This document shows, piece after piece, positions 12,001 through 23,014 of a stretch of DNA of 64,000 bases (the stretch's first letter is position 1; each line of letters starts with the position of its first letter). The notes under the pieces are model-generated. The model made no database searches and was not told the origin of the DNA. It was given only the letters and a program-made list of their open reading frames with translations. The position numbers and the translations under genes were made by a program. Source of the stretch: Squalus acanthias (Eukaryota); the NCBI GenBank assembly GCA_030390025.1, contig CM059453.1:7750001-7814000 (forward strand), given 5' to 3'.

Positions 12001-12411
12001 ATACTCACTGGAGTATAGAAGAATGAGAGGGGATCTCATCGAAACATATAAAATTCTGACAGGTCTGGACAAACTAGATGCAGGAAGAATGTTCCCGATG
12101 GTCGGAGAGTCCAGAACCAGGGGTCATAATCTACGGATAACGGGTAAACCATTTAGGACAGAAATGAGGAAGAATTTCTTCACCCAGAGAGTGGTGAACC
12201 TGTGGAATTCTCTACCACAGAAGGTAGTTGAGACGAAGTCATTAAATATATTCAAGGATGACTTAGATATATTTCTTAAAGCTAAAGGTATCAAGAGATA
12301 AGGGGAGAAGGCAGGTATAGCGTACTGAGTTTAGATGATCAGCCATGATCTCATCGAATGGCGGAGCAGGCCGAATGGCCTACTCCTGCTCCTATCTTCT
12401 ATGTTTCTATG
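9052..12411 (+). mobile_element. 5'-truncated CR1 LINE: ORF1 esterase C-terminus + nearly intact ORF2 (APE endonuclease + RT)
   Basis: ORF1 end ...VVISGLLPVP...DGLHL...; ORF2 segments 9530, 10142, 10373 and 11915 share one frame, broken only by nonsense codons; motifs LNARS, GDFN, FADD. Confidence 0.96.
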
Positions 12412-12587
12412 CTTATTTGACTCCAATTATTAATATCATAAACAACAGTACATTTGTGTGTTTGTATATGAGAGAGAGAAGTTATTTCTGTATTAAGCAT
12501 TCTGTAGCAACTGATAAACATACCATAACATCATATTCAGTAACCGTCGGTCACACGCAGCCAATGTACATTCATTTAGTATTATAC

Positions 12588-14240
12588 TGTACGAAAGACT
12601 GATATTTAAAGATATTTAGTAAACGAGAATCATATATCTATAACTTCAAGTGTAGCCATTGACCAAATAATATGACCCATAATTACTCCTGAGTAACTGA
12701 GAAAACTAAGACTTGTTCAAAATACAGCTGCGAGGACAGTCAACAGCAGTTTTGATGAAGCTTTGATAAGAAACAGTCGCAGGCTGCTAGTGAAGGTTAA
12801 ATCATTAAATAACATATTATTGGCCAGAAATTCGGCTGTTGTCGGGTGAGTACGCGCTGTGTACTCACCCGGAAGGCAACCTGAAGTGCTGGTTTCCTGC
12901 GTGCACTGCGCATGTGCAGGAAACCGGAACTTCCGTTCCCCTGAAGGGAGGGGTTCAGAAGTCGAACGCGTGCGCGGGAGCAAACTTCGTTTTTTTTCCG
13001 ATTTCTCCGTGAGGGTGTGTATGGAGAAGCTGCAATTTTAAAAAGGAGACGCAAGGCCTGTTTTTAACATGGTGAGTGGTTAACTAATTACAATTTAAAC
13101 ATTTTTTCAGCAGGTTTATACTTTTAGATACTTAAAAGAACGGTAATTTTTTTTAAAACCGTTAAAAAGTATAATTAATTTTTTCAAAAATGTCAATTTT
13201 TGTTTAAAGTAGTTAATTTATGTAACTTACAGTTATTTAAAAATTTTGATTTTTTTTTTAAGTTTATTTGAAGTTTAAGTGTGGTTTAGGGGCCGATCTC
13301 TATTCATAGATTTGACAGGCCTTCCTGTCAAATCTATGAATGAAAATGCCCTGCTCGGATTGGCTCTCCATGGCCCACGTGATCCAAGGGGACGCTTCGA
13401 ACTAACTGCGCAACTGGGATACGCAAGCACTGCGCGCCGGCTGCTGGAGGTGGCCCAGGACGCAAAGTCCTCGAGGGCCCAAAGCACAACTGCAGACGCG
13501 GTACGTAAGTACTCATGTGATGCTTGCAACCGCAGGCATCCAGAAAGCCGAATTTCTGGCCCATTAAGTTGCTAAGTAGAAATTAGAATTCACTTAACAA
13601 AACTAATTGCATCGATCTTTAAAAAATAATTAGTATAATCACATAAAATGAGAGAGATCATGGAGATAAAGTATTTATCTGGTAGATTAAAGTGAGATAG
13701 TCTGGATACCTCAAGACTAGTGAAACAGCGATGAAATGGGGCCTAGGTATAAAGTCCTTGTACGAGGGAAGCTAGAAATGAAAGAGATAAAGTAAATTCC
13801 AATGGGGTGAAAAACTCTAAACAAGATAACACTGAACATAGCAAAGTTGGTGGAAAAATAATGGAAAGGTGGATGCTACTTTAGTCTGAGTGACAATGGT
13901 ATTTTGACCATTGAAACCAATTAAAAAAGGTGATTTTGTTAAAGACCTTACATGGACACTTTCCAAACGAACTGTTGATAAGACAAGGGTTAAAACCTCG
14001 ACATTCAAAGAACAACTTCACACAGATGTATTGCGAGGACAAAGGAACAGAATTAAGAGGGCATTATCTGTGTCCGAGAGGTTCCAGAGACCTAGGGCTG
14101 CGAGCTACTCGCTAAAACTATCGCCTAATATTAAGTATATTACGCTGTATGCTTAATAAATCTTGATCTATAGCTCATTCATACTGGCTGCTGCCTATTT
14201 GTGTCTTGTCCAAGAACTCACAGATCGTTAAGATCTTACA
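12588..14240 (+). repeat. 5' LTR (contains MITE insertion)
   Basis: tgtacgaaag...gatcttaca; aligns to 17962-18698. Confidence 0.88.
12820..13563. mobile_element. Non-autonomous PIF/Harbinger-like MITE
   Basis: TIRs ttggccagaaattcggct / agccgaatttctggccca; TTA duplicated at 12817-12819 and 13564-13566; absent from the 3' LTR. Confidence 0.8.
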
Positions 14241-14243
14241 AAT

Positions 14244-14261
14244 TGGCACCCCAGATCGGAC
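14244..14261 (+). promoter_or_regulatory. Primer-binding site, tRNA-Arg(CCT)-like
   Basis: tggcaccccagatcggac, 3 nt after the LTR end; 17/18 match to the reverse complement of the vertebrate tRNA-Arg(CCT) 3' end (recalled sequence). Confidence 0.75.
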
Positions 14262-16934
14262 AAGACAAAGCCGCTAGTATTGTGTAATAGATCGGACCTG
14301 GAAAGTAGCTTCCTGATCAGCTGCAGCACTTGAGGAGGGATAAATCCCATGGGGAGTGGAGAGTGCCTATGAATTGCGCGCGGATAGTTATTGATGTTAG
14401 AGTTCTGTTAAGAAAATCACCAAATGGCTAGTAAAAGTTGTGTTAAAGCATATAAGTGTAACTTAGACATAGGAGCATGTGCGGAAAAAGTGCAGGTATT
14501 ATTGATGGAATGTTTAATCAAAGGAGACCGAGTCCCCTTTGAAAAAGTGATAAACTTTATTGCAGAAAGTCTGTCTCAGAAAAAACACAACGGGTTCAGA
14601 GAGAAATATAGGCAGGTGGTTAAGCATAAAGTGCAGGAGAGAGAGGGAGAGATAAAGAAGGAAAAAGATCCAATTTGCAGGCTAACCAATCTGAAAACTT
14701 AGCAAAGGAAGGAAAAAACAGGGATTTGGAAAGCCAGGAAAAGCTGCTGAAACGACGATGCAAAAAGAGAAAAAAAAGTGAAACTTAAAGATTTACGGAC
14801 ATGGAAGTTATTAACATTTGTGCCGAGACAAATAAAAAAAAGATTTGCTGAGTGAAAGGAAACTTAAAAAAATGCAGGAATTTCAGTTTGTGTAAAAGTG
14901 TGCAATTTTCCTCGACTATGAAGGCTTAAGACGTTATAATATTCCTTTCTCTGAAAGTCAGTCTATAAAACAAAAAGTGTTTGTTATGTGTGTTTTAGCT
15001 CCACCCACTTCTCTGTGTTAAATGCGTTTAACACTTTGGTCTTTTATTGGATTTTGGAAGTTTTAAGAATGTGCGAATAAGATGGTGCACCAAGAATTGG
15101 AAAAAAATACTTTGAACTACAATTTAAGTTAAGCTGGTGTGTAAAAACTGAGAAGAACAACAAAAAATGTGTTGAACAAAAGATTAAGTTTCGGTCTAAG
15201 ATTTAACCTTGGAGTTGCGGTTGCTATGGGGAAATCTTCCAAAGCAGTATGATATGATTTGTTTAAATGTGAAAAACTAATTTTTCTCCAGTTATATTCA
15301 ATGCTTTTACAGTATTTTGGAAAGGCATCTGAAGAAAGGACAATAAGAAATATGACGTAATGTATGCTTTTCTACAAGCATGTACTAGTTTTTTTTTTAC
15401 CTGTTCTGTTCGTGTTTTGTTAAAGTGTGAAAACTAACTGTCTTTTTCGAACGGGAAAGTTTGTTTTAAATTTATGTGAAGTGACGCAATTGCGTGCATT
15501 TGACAATGTTTCGCTCCACCTTCTTAAAAACCTGCAAAGGAGTTAACCCTTTCCACTGACTGCTGTTTAAGTTCACCAAGCAACAACTTTAGTATGACAT
15601 TTAAAGATATTGGACATTATTACAATTAAGTTTCTTAATTTTAAGTTAATATTTCACCAGAATGACAGAAGGAAAATTATGATTTGATAAATTAACTCTA
15701 AGCAGAGCCACAATGGATTCTCTTCTTTCTTTTGTTATATGGAAGTTACCTTGTAAACTGATTGCAGCACTTCTGTCTCTAATGTTAAAACACTGTGTAA
15801 GCCACCTAGCCTGAGAATCAGTTGTTTCTGCAATTGGAAATGTAAGATAAATTGTCAGAAATGAAATTGAACATTGACAAAACCTTTCAGTTCAACAATA
15901 CTGCTGTTTGAAATTTGGGATAATTTTGTAATAACAAAATCGGGCACTATATATTGGGTTACTTTTGGAAAATAAAAGATCCTCTAAAATAATGATAATT
16001 AAAAAAATGTTAATAACTTGGACCAAGTGAGAATGTTTGATCTATGTTTGCAATCTTAAATATTGTACTGGACAGTAAAGATCCTCCAGGGCTCATGAAT
16101 GAGATATGAATAGTAATTAATAGGCTGTGTAAAATTGAGAGAGGAAGTGATTGAGGGTGTGCGATAGAAACAGGAGAATTACACCACCAATTGAGAATTT
16201 TCCAAACTTTCTAGTGAAAGTCAGGAAAGTGTAGTTAAGAATAGTAATTTGATAGCTTTCTCTTGGAGACATTTGTGTCCCTGCCTATAATGAACTTTTT
16301 AAGAAAACTGAATTTGATAGCCTGGCCACTACATAAGACACCGGGACCATGCGATCGAAGATGAACAAAGACCTCCAGACAATATTTTGATAAGATCACC
16401 TGAAAGCCCGAGAAAGGCTTGTATCGGATGGCAAGTGTGGCATAATATGGGGATACCGGTATGAGTGTGCAAGTGTGATTTGTTACGTATGAAGCAATTA
16501 CCAACCGGGAATGTATGTTGATTGTGCTCTGAAAACGGGTCTCAGACATGCTCAGTTACTTGACAACAGCAAAACATGAAATGGTTAATGTGGTTCAGGA
16601 GAGCGAGACAACCTATAAAGCATTGACACATACTCCATCGAGAAACTGTCTAATTAATGAAACAATCAGATTAGAGTTAAATAGACTGGTACCTGTTCGA
16701 GGGATTGAAATTGAAGTTGAAGTGGACAGTTACATGGAATCTGGATTGAGACAATTGAGGGCTAAGGAGAAATCATGTTTAGTTAGAATAATCCACAAGA
16801 TAGATATGAGTAAAAGAGAGATCTGGAGAATCTTTTAAGTCCATGATTTGTTGATTAGATGTTAAACTGTAATGTCGCTTGAAATGATTGTAAGACTGAA
16901 TTTAACTGTGACTGTAATAATTGTGTTTTGTAGG

Positions 16935-17417
16935 TAACAGAGCGTGGGAAAAACCAGTGCGAATCCAGTATGAGGTGATTTTTCTGGTGCCTCCTTTGGC
17001 ACTACTACTGCAACTACCATGCTTTACGGGTCTAACAGGACCTGTCCCATCAACCAACACGTTTTAATCAATATCAAAACCTATGCTCAAGTGAAACTGA
17101 CAGTAAATGTAATACTTTAGTGTGAGCTGCACAATTATGTGGCACAATTCGGATACGACGTTCCCCTGCTGTCTGAATGTTTCAGTGAGCTCATGGTGCA
17201 ACTGAACTCATCCCTAAAGCATTTTTAAGTTTTGGAGAAAGACAACTCGAGAATGGATATTGAAATTGACAGCATAGAGGACAATTCACACTGGTGGGAT
17301 ATTGGGCTTTATATATCAGCACGCCCTTCGGTTTGTATTATTTCACATGCTCTGGTATTTCTCCAACTTGTAATGATATTGTATTTGATATATGTAACGT
17401 GTGTAGTAAGACTTTGA
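16935..17417 (+). pseudogene. env-like remnant (helical region, HWWD motif, TM segment)
   Basis: Frame of ORF 17232 read upstream: ...FSELMVQLNSSLKHF*VLEKDNSRMDIEIDSIEDNSHWWDIGL...HALVFLQLVMILYLIYV, located shortly before the 3' LTR. Confidence 0.5.
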
Positions 17418-17961
17418 TACATAAGCCAATTGTATACTCATGCCTATGACTAACCAGCACTAACAAATTAATTGAGCACACCGAAAGAGAAGATCCGAAG
17501 CAACGTAGAGGAGACCCCAGACCGGGTAACATCAGGAAAGATATAAGAAACAGAGGACACCCCAGGTGGGGCAGAATTGGAACACCGGAACCGGGAATTG
17601 AATTTAAGTAAGGGATCAGATCAGGGCCTTTACTGCCAGATCGTATGATGCAGCAATAGGAGTAGCGGGCGGAGGAGAAAGGATAGTGGGGACGCACTAG
17701 AAGTCATGACATATCAGCACAGCCGACATGATGTTTGTGAGACCCCGGGGTGTCCTCCATCCATGAGGATAGGCGGTCGTCCCCTGTGAGTGCCATAGTT
17801 AGCACCCAGGCCTATAATAAAAAGGGGTTTTAAACTTCATTTGAGAAGCGCTCCGTTCCCCTCAATTAGAGGACTCCAATTTGCAGCAACGCTGGTAAGA
17901 GAATAGATTGAAGTAGTCGAGGAATCTATGTTTAGAACATTTCACCCTCGAGGTGGGGACT

Positions 17962-18698
17962 TGTACGAAAGGCTGATATTTAAAGATATTAAGTAGACGA
18001 GAATCATATATGTATAACTTCAAGTGTAGCCATTGACCAAATAATATTACCCATAATTATTCCTGAGTAACTAAGAAAGCAAAGACTTGTTCAAAATGCA
18101 GCTGCGAGGACAGTCAAAAGCAGTTTTGACTAAGCTTTGATAACAAACAGTCACAGCTGTTAGTGAAGGTTAAATCATTAAATAACATATTATGATGCTA
18201 AGTAGAAATTAGAAATAGCTGAACAATACTAATTGCAACGATATTGAAACAAGAATTAGTATAAGGACATAAAATGAGAGAGATCATGGAGATAAATCTG
18301 GTAGATTAAAGTGAGATAGTCTGGATTCCTCAAGACTAGTGAAACAGCGCTGATATGGGCTCTTGGTATAGAAAGGCCGTGTACTGCTTGAAGCTAGAAA
18401 TGAAAGAGATAAAGTAAATTCCAATGGGGTGAAAAACTATAAACAAGATAACAATGAAAATGGTAAAGTTGGTGGAAAAATACTGGAAAGGCGAGGACAA
18501 AGGAACAGTCTTAAGACAACATCATCTGTGTCCGAGAGGTTCCAGAGAACTAGGGCTGCGAGCTACTCGCTAAAACTATCGCCTAATATTAAGTATATTA
18601 CGCTGTATCCTTAAAAAATCCTGATCTATTGCTCAAACATACTGGCTGCTGCCTATTGGTGTCTTGTCCAAGAACTCGGTGATCGTTAAAATCTTACA
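17962..18698 (+). repeat. 3' LTR
   Basis: Preceded by PPT-like cgaggtggggact; ends atcttaca. Confidence 0.88.
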
Positions 18699-20072
18699 AT
18701 AAAGCACATTTAATAACATTTTAATTCATTGTTATTGAGAAATCCATTGAATGTTTATTATAGATATATTTTGATCAATATTTTAACGTATATTTGAAGA
18801 GTTTTTATTAGGCATTCACTTGCTTTTTAGTGTATATTTATTTGGCTTTTGCAGGGCTGTGGAGAAACCGCATGGGAGTGGGACTAATTGGATAGCTCTT
18901 TAAAAGAGCCGGCACCGGCACGGTAGAGTAAATAATTACCTTATGTATTGTATTATTCTATGATTCTACTGAGAAACATCAGAACAGGAATGTTGGAGAG
19001 CCGGGTCAGTACGGTTTCCTGAAAATCAGTGCAAAAACCAACAAGAACCTATTTGCCATCACAGTCGAACAGATTGCAATGTCCCAATTCAATTTAAAAA
19101 GCACGTTGATTTCCAAAAAGTAACTGTGTGTTCCAAGCATCAAACAGAATGACTTGCATGAAATGTCGCATCGAGTACCCTTTGGTAAAACTCCAGCCTT
19201 TACTATAATTCAAACTAATACAGCCAGACTGTGTATGCCAGTAAGAGCAGAGTTGGGACCTGGGTCTGGACACACATCTCTAAACTATTGAGTAAAGCCA
19301 AGCTGAGACCTGGGTCTGAACACACATCCCTCAACTAGCCTGTAAATCCAGATTATGACATGGATCTTAGCACGCATTCCCTGTCCCCCTCTTTCTTTGT
19401 CATACTCTCTCTCACACACTTTCTCTCTGTCTCTCTCTGCTCTATAAAACAAGAAGACTGAGCAGTGATTTCATAGCTATCTTGAAACTTTGATCTTAAG
19501 AAGCCGAGATTCATACAGTAAATTGTGGCCTAATATTTACTGTAAATGTGTAATAAATCTATTTAATAGTTACTGCAACAGGTGGCACTAGGTAGTGACC
19601 AGTTGCAGCAAGAACAGTGAAAGTAACTAAGTAGGAAATAATTTGATATTGTCAGTGGCATCAAGGGATTGAAGGGAACTGCTTAACCCAACAACAGGAT
19701 CGTGCTTAAGAAAACCAACTAAAAGCACATGGAATACCTTCAAGGAGATAATAAATACATGACAAGAAATAGGTAATGCAGGCTATTAATACTGTGTGAA
19801 GGACATCAGTGCAATATGGAATATCACAGGTGGTGGTTGAGGTAGGTTGGGGCGGAGGGGTAAGGGTGGAGATTATTCCCGAGACACCAGCAGGAACATT
19901 GCGGCAGAGGTGGGGGTATGTATTTGGAGGAGGAGGGAGGAGCGAGGAATTTCTTTGAGACACCATGTATAGTTCCGAGGAAGGGAACCAATTCGCTGAA
20001 TGCGATGAGTTAATTACATCGAATTTGCAGCTTAGAAACAATACATTAGGCCCAACTGGTCTGAGCCTTCTC

Positions 20073-20530
20073 CCACCCCTCTTCATCTAACTCTATCTAC
20101 ATAACCTTCCATTGCTTTCCCACTCATATACTTATCTAGCAGCCCCTTAAATGCATCTATGATATTCGCCTCAACTATTCCTTCTGCTAGCAAGTTCCCA
20201 CTTCTAATCACACGCTCGGTAAAACAGTTTCTCCTGAATTCCTTATTGTATTTCTCAGTGACTAACTTATATCGAGGATCTCGAGTTTTGATCTCCCGAC
20301 GAATGGAAACATCTTCCCTACGTCAACCCTATCGAACCCCTTCATAATATTAAAGGCCTCTATTAGGACACCTGTCAGCCTTCTCTTTTCTAGAGAAAAG
20401 CGCCCCAGACCGTTCAGTCTTTCCTCGTGTTTATAACCTCTTATTTCTGGTATAATACTTGAAAATCTGTTTTGCACCTTCGCCAGTGCATCTATATCCT
20501 TTTCTGTAATTTGTCGACCAGAACTGTGTA
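20073..20530 (-). mobile_element. CR1-like LINE 3' fragment
   Basis: Minus ORF ...FSLEKRRLTGVLIEAFNIMKGFDRVD. Confidence 0.85.
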
Positions 20531-22437
20531 TTGATTTAATTATTAACCTGCCGATGCACAATCCTTTCGTCTGCACACCCCAAATACAGCTGCCGTTCTA
20601 CATACCCCACAATTAGTGTCAGGACCGATTTTAAGTAGAATTGGACGGGTGAATGACTATTGGTCGCGGGGATGCTGCAAAGTGACCATGTGAAATTCAC
20701 TCTCACTGACTCTTCTTCACTTCTTTATTATCCTTGAGGGAGTGGAATAACCGGGAGGCACTTCCGAGAAGGCACTGTTCCCTTTCCTGAATTGCCGAAC
20801 CCAGAGATAGTCCAGAGAAACTGGCATTGCACCGGGATTGCATGTTCAATTTAGTGCTTATATATGCTAGAATGTTAAAAACAGTCACATTCAGAAAGTC
20901 ACGTGGTGTGTTCCTGCTGGACAATTATCATCCTCTGTACCGATTGCTCATTCCTCAGTTCTTATATTGTATTTTCATTCACTGCCCGATGATATTTTAT
21001 ATGTTGTAACAGCCTTGTACTAACTGGTTTGTAAGCCAGTGATCCCCATCCTGTAATGCGGGCTTCTGTTGTCTCGTCAAAGGCTTCTTCTTTCTCGCTT
21101 TACAAAACTGTTTGATAATCTTTGGTTTTCAATTCTGCTGTATTCTTCTCCAAAAAATGTTCACTACTATCTTCACCCCACAGACAGCAACTGACCTGTT
21201 TTGCCTTTTCAACAGTTCCGGGTGTTCTACAAGGCTTTGTGTGCCCGGGATGTTCAAGAGCCCTGATTTATCAGTCGCGGCTGCCGAGCCCCTCTGATTG
21301 TGTGCGTCGGAAAAAGCCGGAGAATTAAATATCTTTCCTGTGTGGAGAAGTCCAATTAGTAGGAATAGAACGCTCATCATATTGTAATGGGAGAGCGGCA
21401 GAAAAATAAGCAATTTCCTCAGGAAAGTGTTTCGGATTTCAGATTTTGAATTTTGAAAATGGAAAAGAGGGAGTTGTTCAAACTGCAAGATGCTCATTCG
21501 AGGTGCTTTACTGAGATATATAAGGTAAGGCTGCGATTGATCACTAACCCCTTCATGGTAGCAGTGATACGGTCCTCTTATCTTCCAACTAATCTGAACT
21601 GATTCTGCTTCTTAATCAGATGCGAAATGCGCCCAGCTTGAAGCTGGAATGTCTTCGAATGAGGTTCCCGATTGTATCCAGGATTTGATCCCACTGATCA
21701 ATTTGCAGGGATTTGTTCCGGTAGATAAAAATATCCACATTGTTTCCAGCAGCATTGACACTCCAATCTGAAATCTCAAGTGACGCCTCACAGTTCTAGT
21801 ATTAAAGACAGAAACTTCATAAACCCGTCATTGGAGCAACTCGGATCTCAATGAGTTAATTTCAGCAGATTTCATCTCGCTGCAGTGTCAGTATAAACAG
21901 CTGAATCACTTCTATAAATGGCACTTTACCCACTTGAAACTGTTTACTGATATACTCCTTTGTATATTTTGACATTTCAGATAAGTGTTGTGCTCCCGAA
22001 CTACTGAAGGTGATCAACCCACACGTCTGCAGACAACGGCTACAAGACTAACCACAGCTTCACACTTCAAACACTTACACTTCAAGGGCTGATAAATAGC
22101 TCAGTGTTTGGGCGTTGTGAGTCGGGGCGTCTGAAGCTGGTGGAGAGGCTGGTTTAAATATTGCAATCTAAAGTGCCACCGCCTGTCCTGTAACTGTACA
22201 GATGATGAGGGGGCTGGGTTCATCTCTGCTCAGGGTTAATCAGAAGTAGCTGGGCCTCATCATATCCTGTAACTGAGGGCCAATCACTGATGCACACTGT
22301 CATATTCGAAGTTGCCCCAGATTTCCAGCAGTTTTGATCATCAACATTTGAGGAGTGGCACAAGCTGTCTGAGCTATCACGGCTCCCAATGATTGGTGGG
22401 TGGGTGGCGAACCGCTGACCTCCTAATACTTTGATTC

Positions 22438-22858
22438 GGTGGCATAGTGGTTAGCACTGGTGCCTCACAGCGCCAGGGACCCGGGTTCGAATCTGACCTC
22501 GGGTGACTGTCTGTGTGGAGTTTGCACATTCTCCCCGTGTCTGCGTTGGTTTCCTCCGGGTGCTCCGGTTTCCTCCCACAGTCCAAAAATGTGCGGGTTA
22601 GGTTGATTTGGCTATGATAAAAATTGACCCTTAGTGTTCGGGGGGGACTAAATATGTGGGGTTATGGGGATAGGATGGGATTTGTTTGGGGGAATTAAAT
22701 ACGTGGGGTTACGGGGGTAGGGTGGGATATGTGAACTGTGGGGATTAAAGCAGGGACAGGGTACTGGATTTGGATGATCAGCCATGATCGTATTGAATGG
22801 TGGAGCAGGCTCGACGGGCCGAATGGCCTACTCCTGCTCCTTGATTCTATGTTTCTAT
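22438..22858 (+). mobile_element. HE1-type V-SINE inserted in the gene B promoter
   Basis: tRNA-like head (ggtggcatagtggttagc...gggttcgaatc), V-domain core (gtgtggagtttgca...tttcctccgggtgctccggtttcctccc), CR1-derived tail; tgattcg on both flanks; absent from gene C. Confidence 0.9.
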
Positions 22859-22971
22859 GATTCGCTATGAACTCCAGTCTATTACCGGCGAATGGAATCT
22901 AGAAACTTGATTACTGATATCTGATATAAAAATAATTTCCGTCATTTTGACATCCTCAACCGCCTCCAGTC

Positions 22972-23014
22972 ATGAAGAGTATTAGATTGATCTCCATTCT
23001 GATATTTAGCGAAG
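22972..23014 (+). CDS. Gene B leader exon [14 protein letters not shown](V)
   Basis: ATG, hydrophobic core and phase-1 donor G|GTAAAA; identical in gene C. Confidence 0.82.

Larger units (their letters stand above)
12588..18698 (+). mobile_element. Degenerate, pol-less LTR retroelement/ERV with two LTRs
   Basis: Direct repeats 12588-14240 and 17962-18698 (TGT...ACA), PBS after the 5' LTR, purine tract before the 3' LTR, flanks atac/ataa (degenerate 4-bp TSD). Confidence 0.88.

Noticed and set aside
13275-13575. Overlapping opposite-strand ORFs with mirrored peptide (FIDLTG.PVKSMN)
   Set aside because: Artefact of the 18-bp palindrome and GC-rich sequence inside the MITE.
19001-19039. RAG recombination signal (GCAAAAACC nonamer-like; isolated CACAGTG at 40810 and 60801)
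   Set aside because: No heptamer-12/23-nonamer spacing at the sites examined, and the V exons are complete and spliced, not rearranging segments.
21490-21524. ATG...AG|GTAAGG as the leader exon of gene B
   Set aside because: Phase 2 is incompatible with the phase-1 V exon, it is not hydrophobic enough, and the ATG is absent in the C copy. At most it is a 5' UTR exon.
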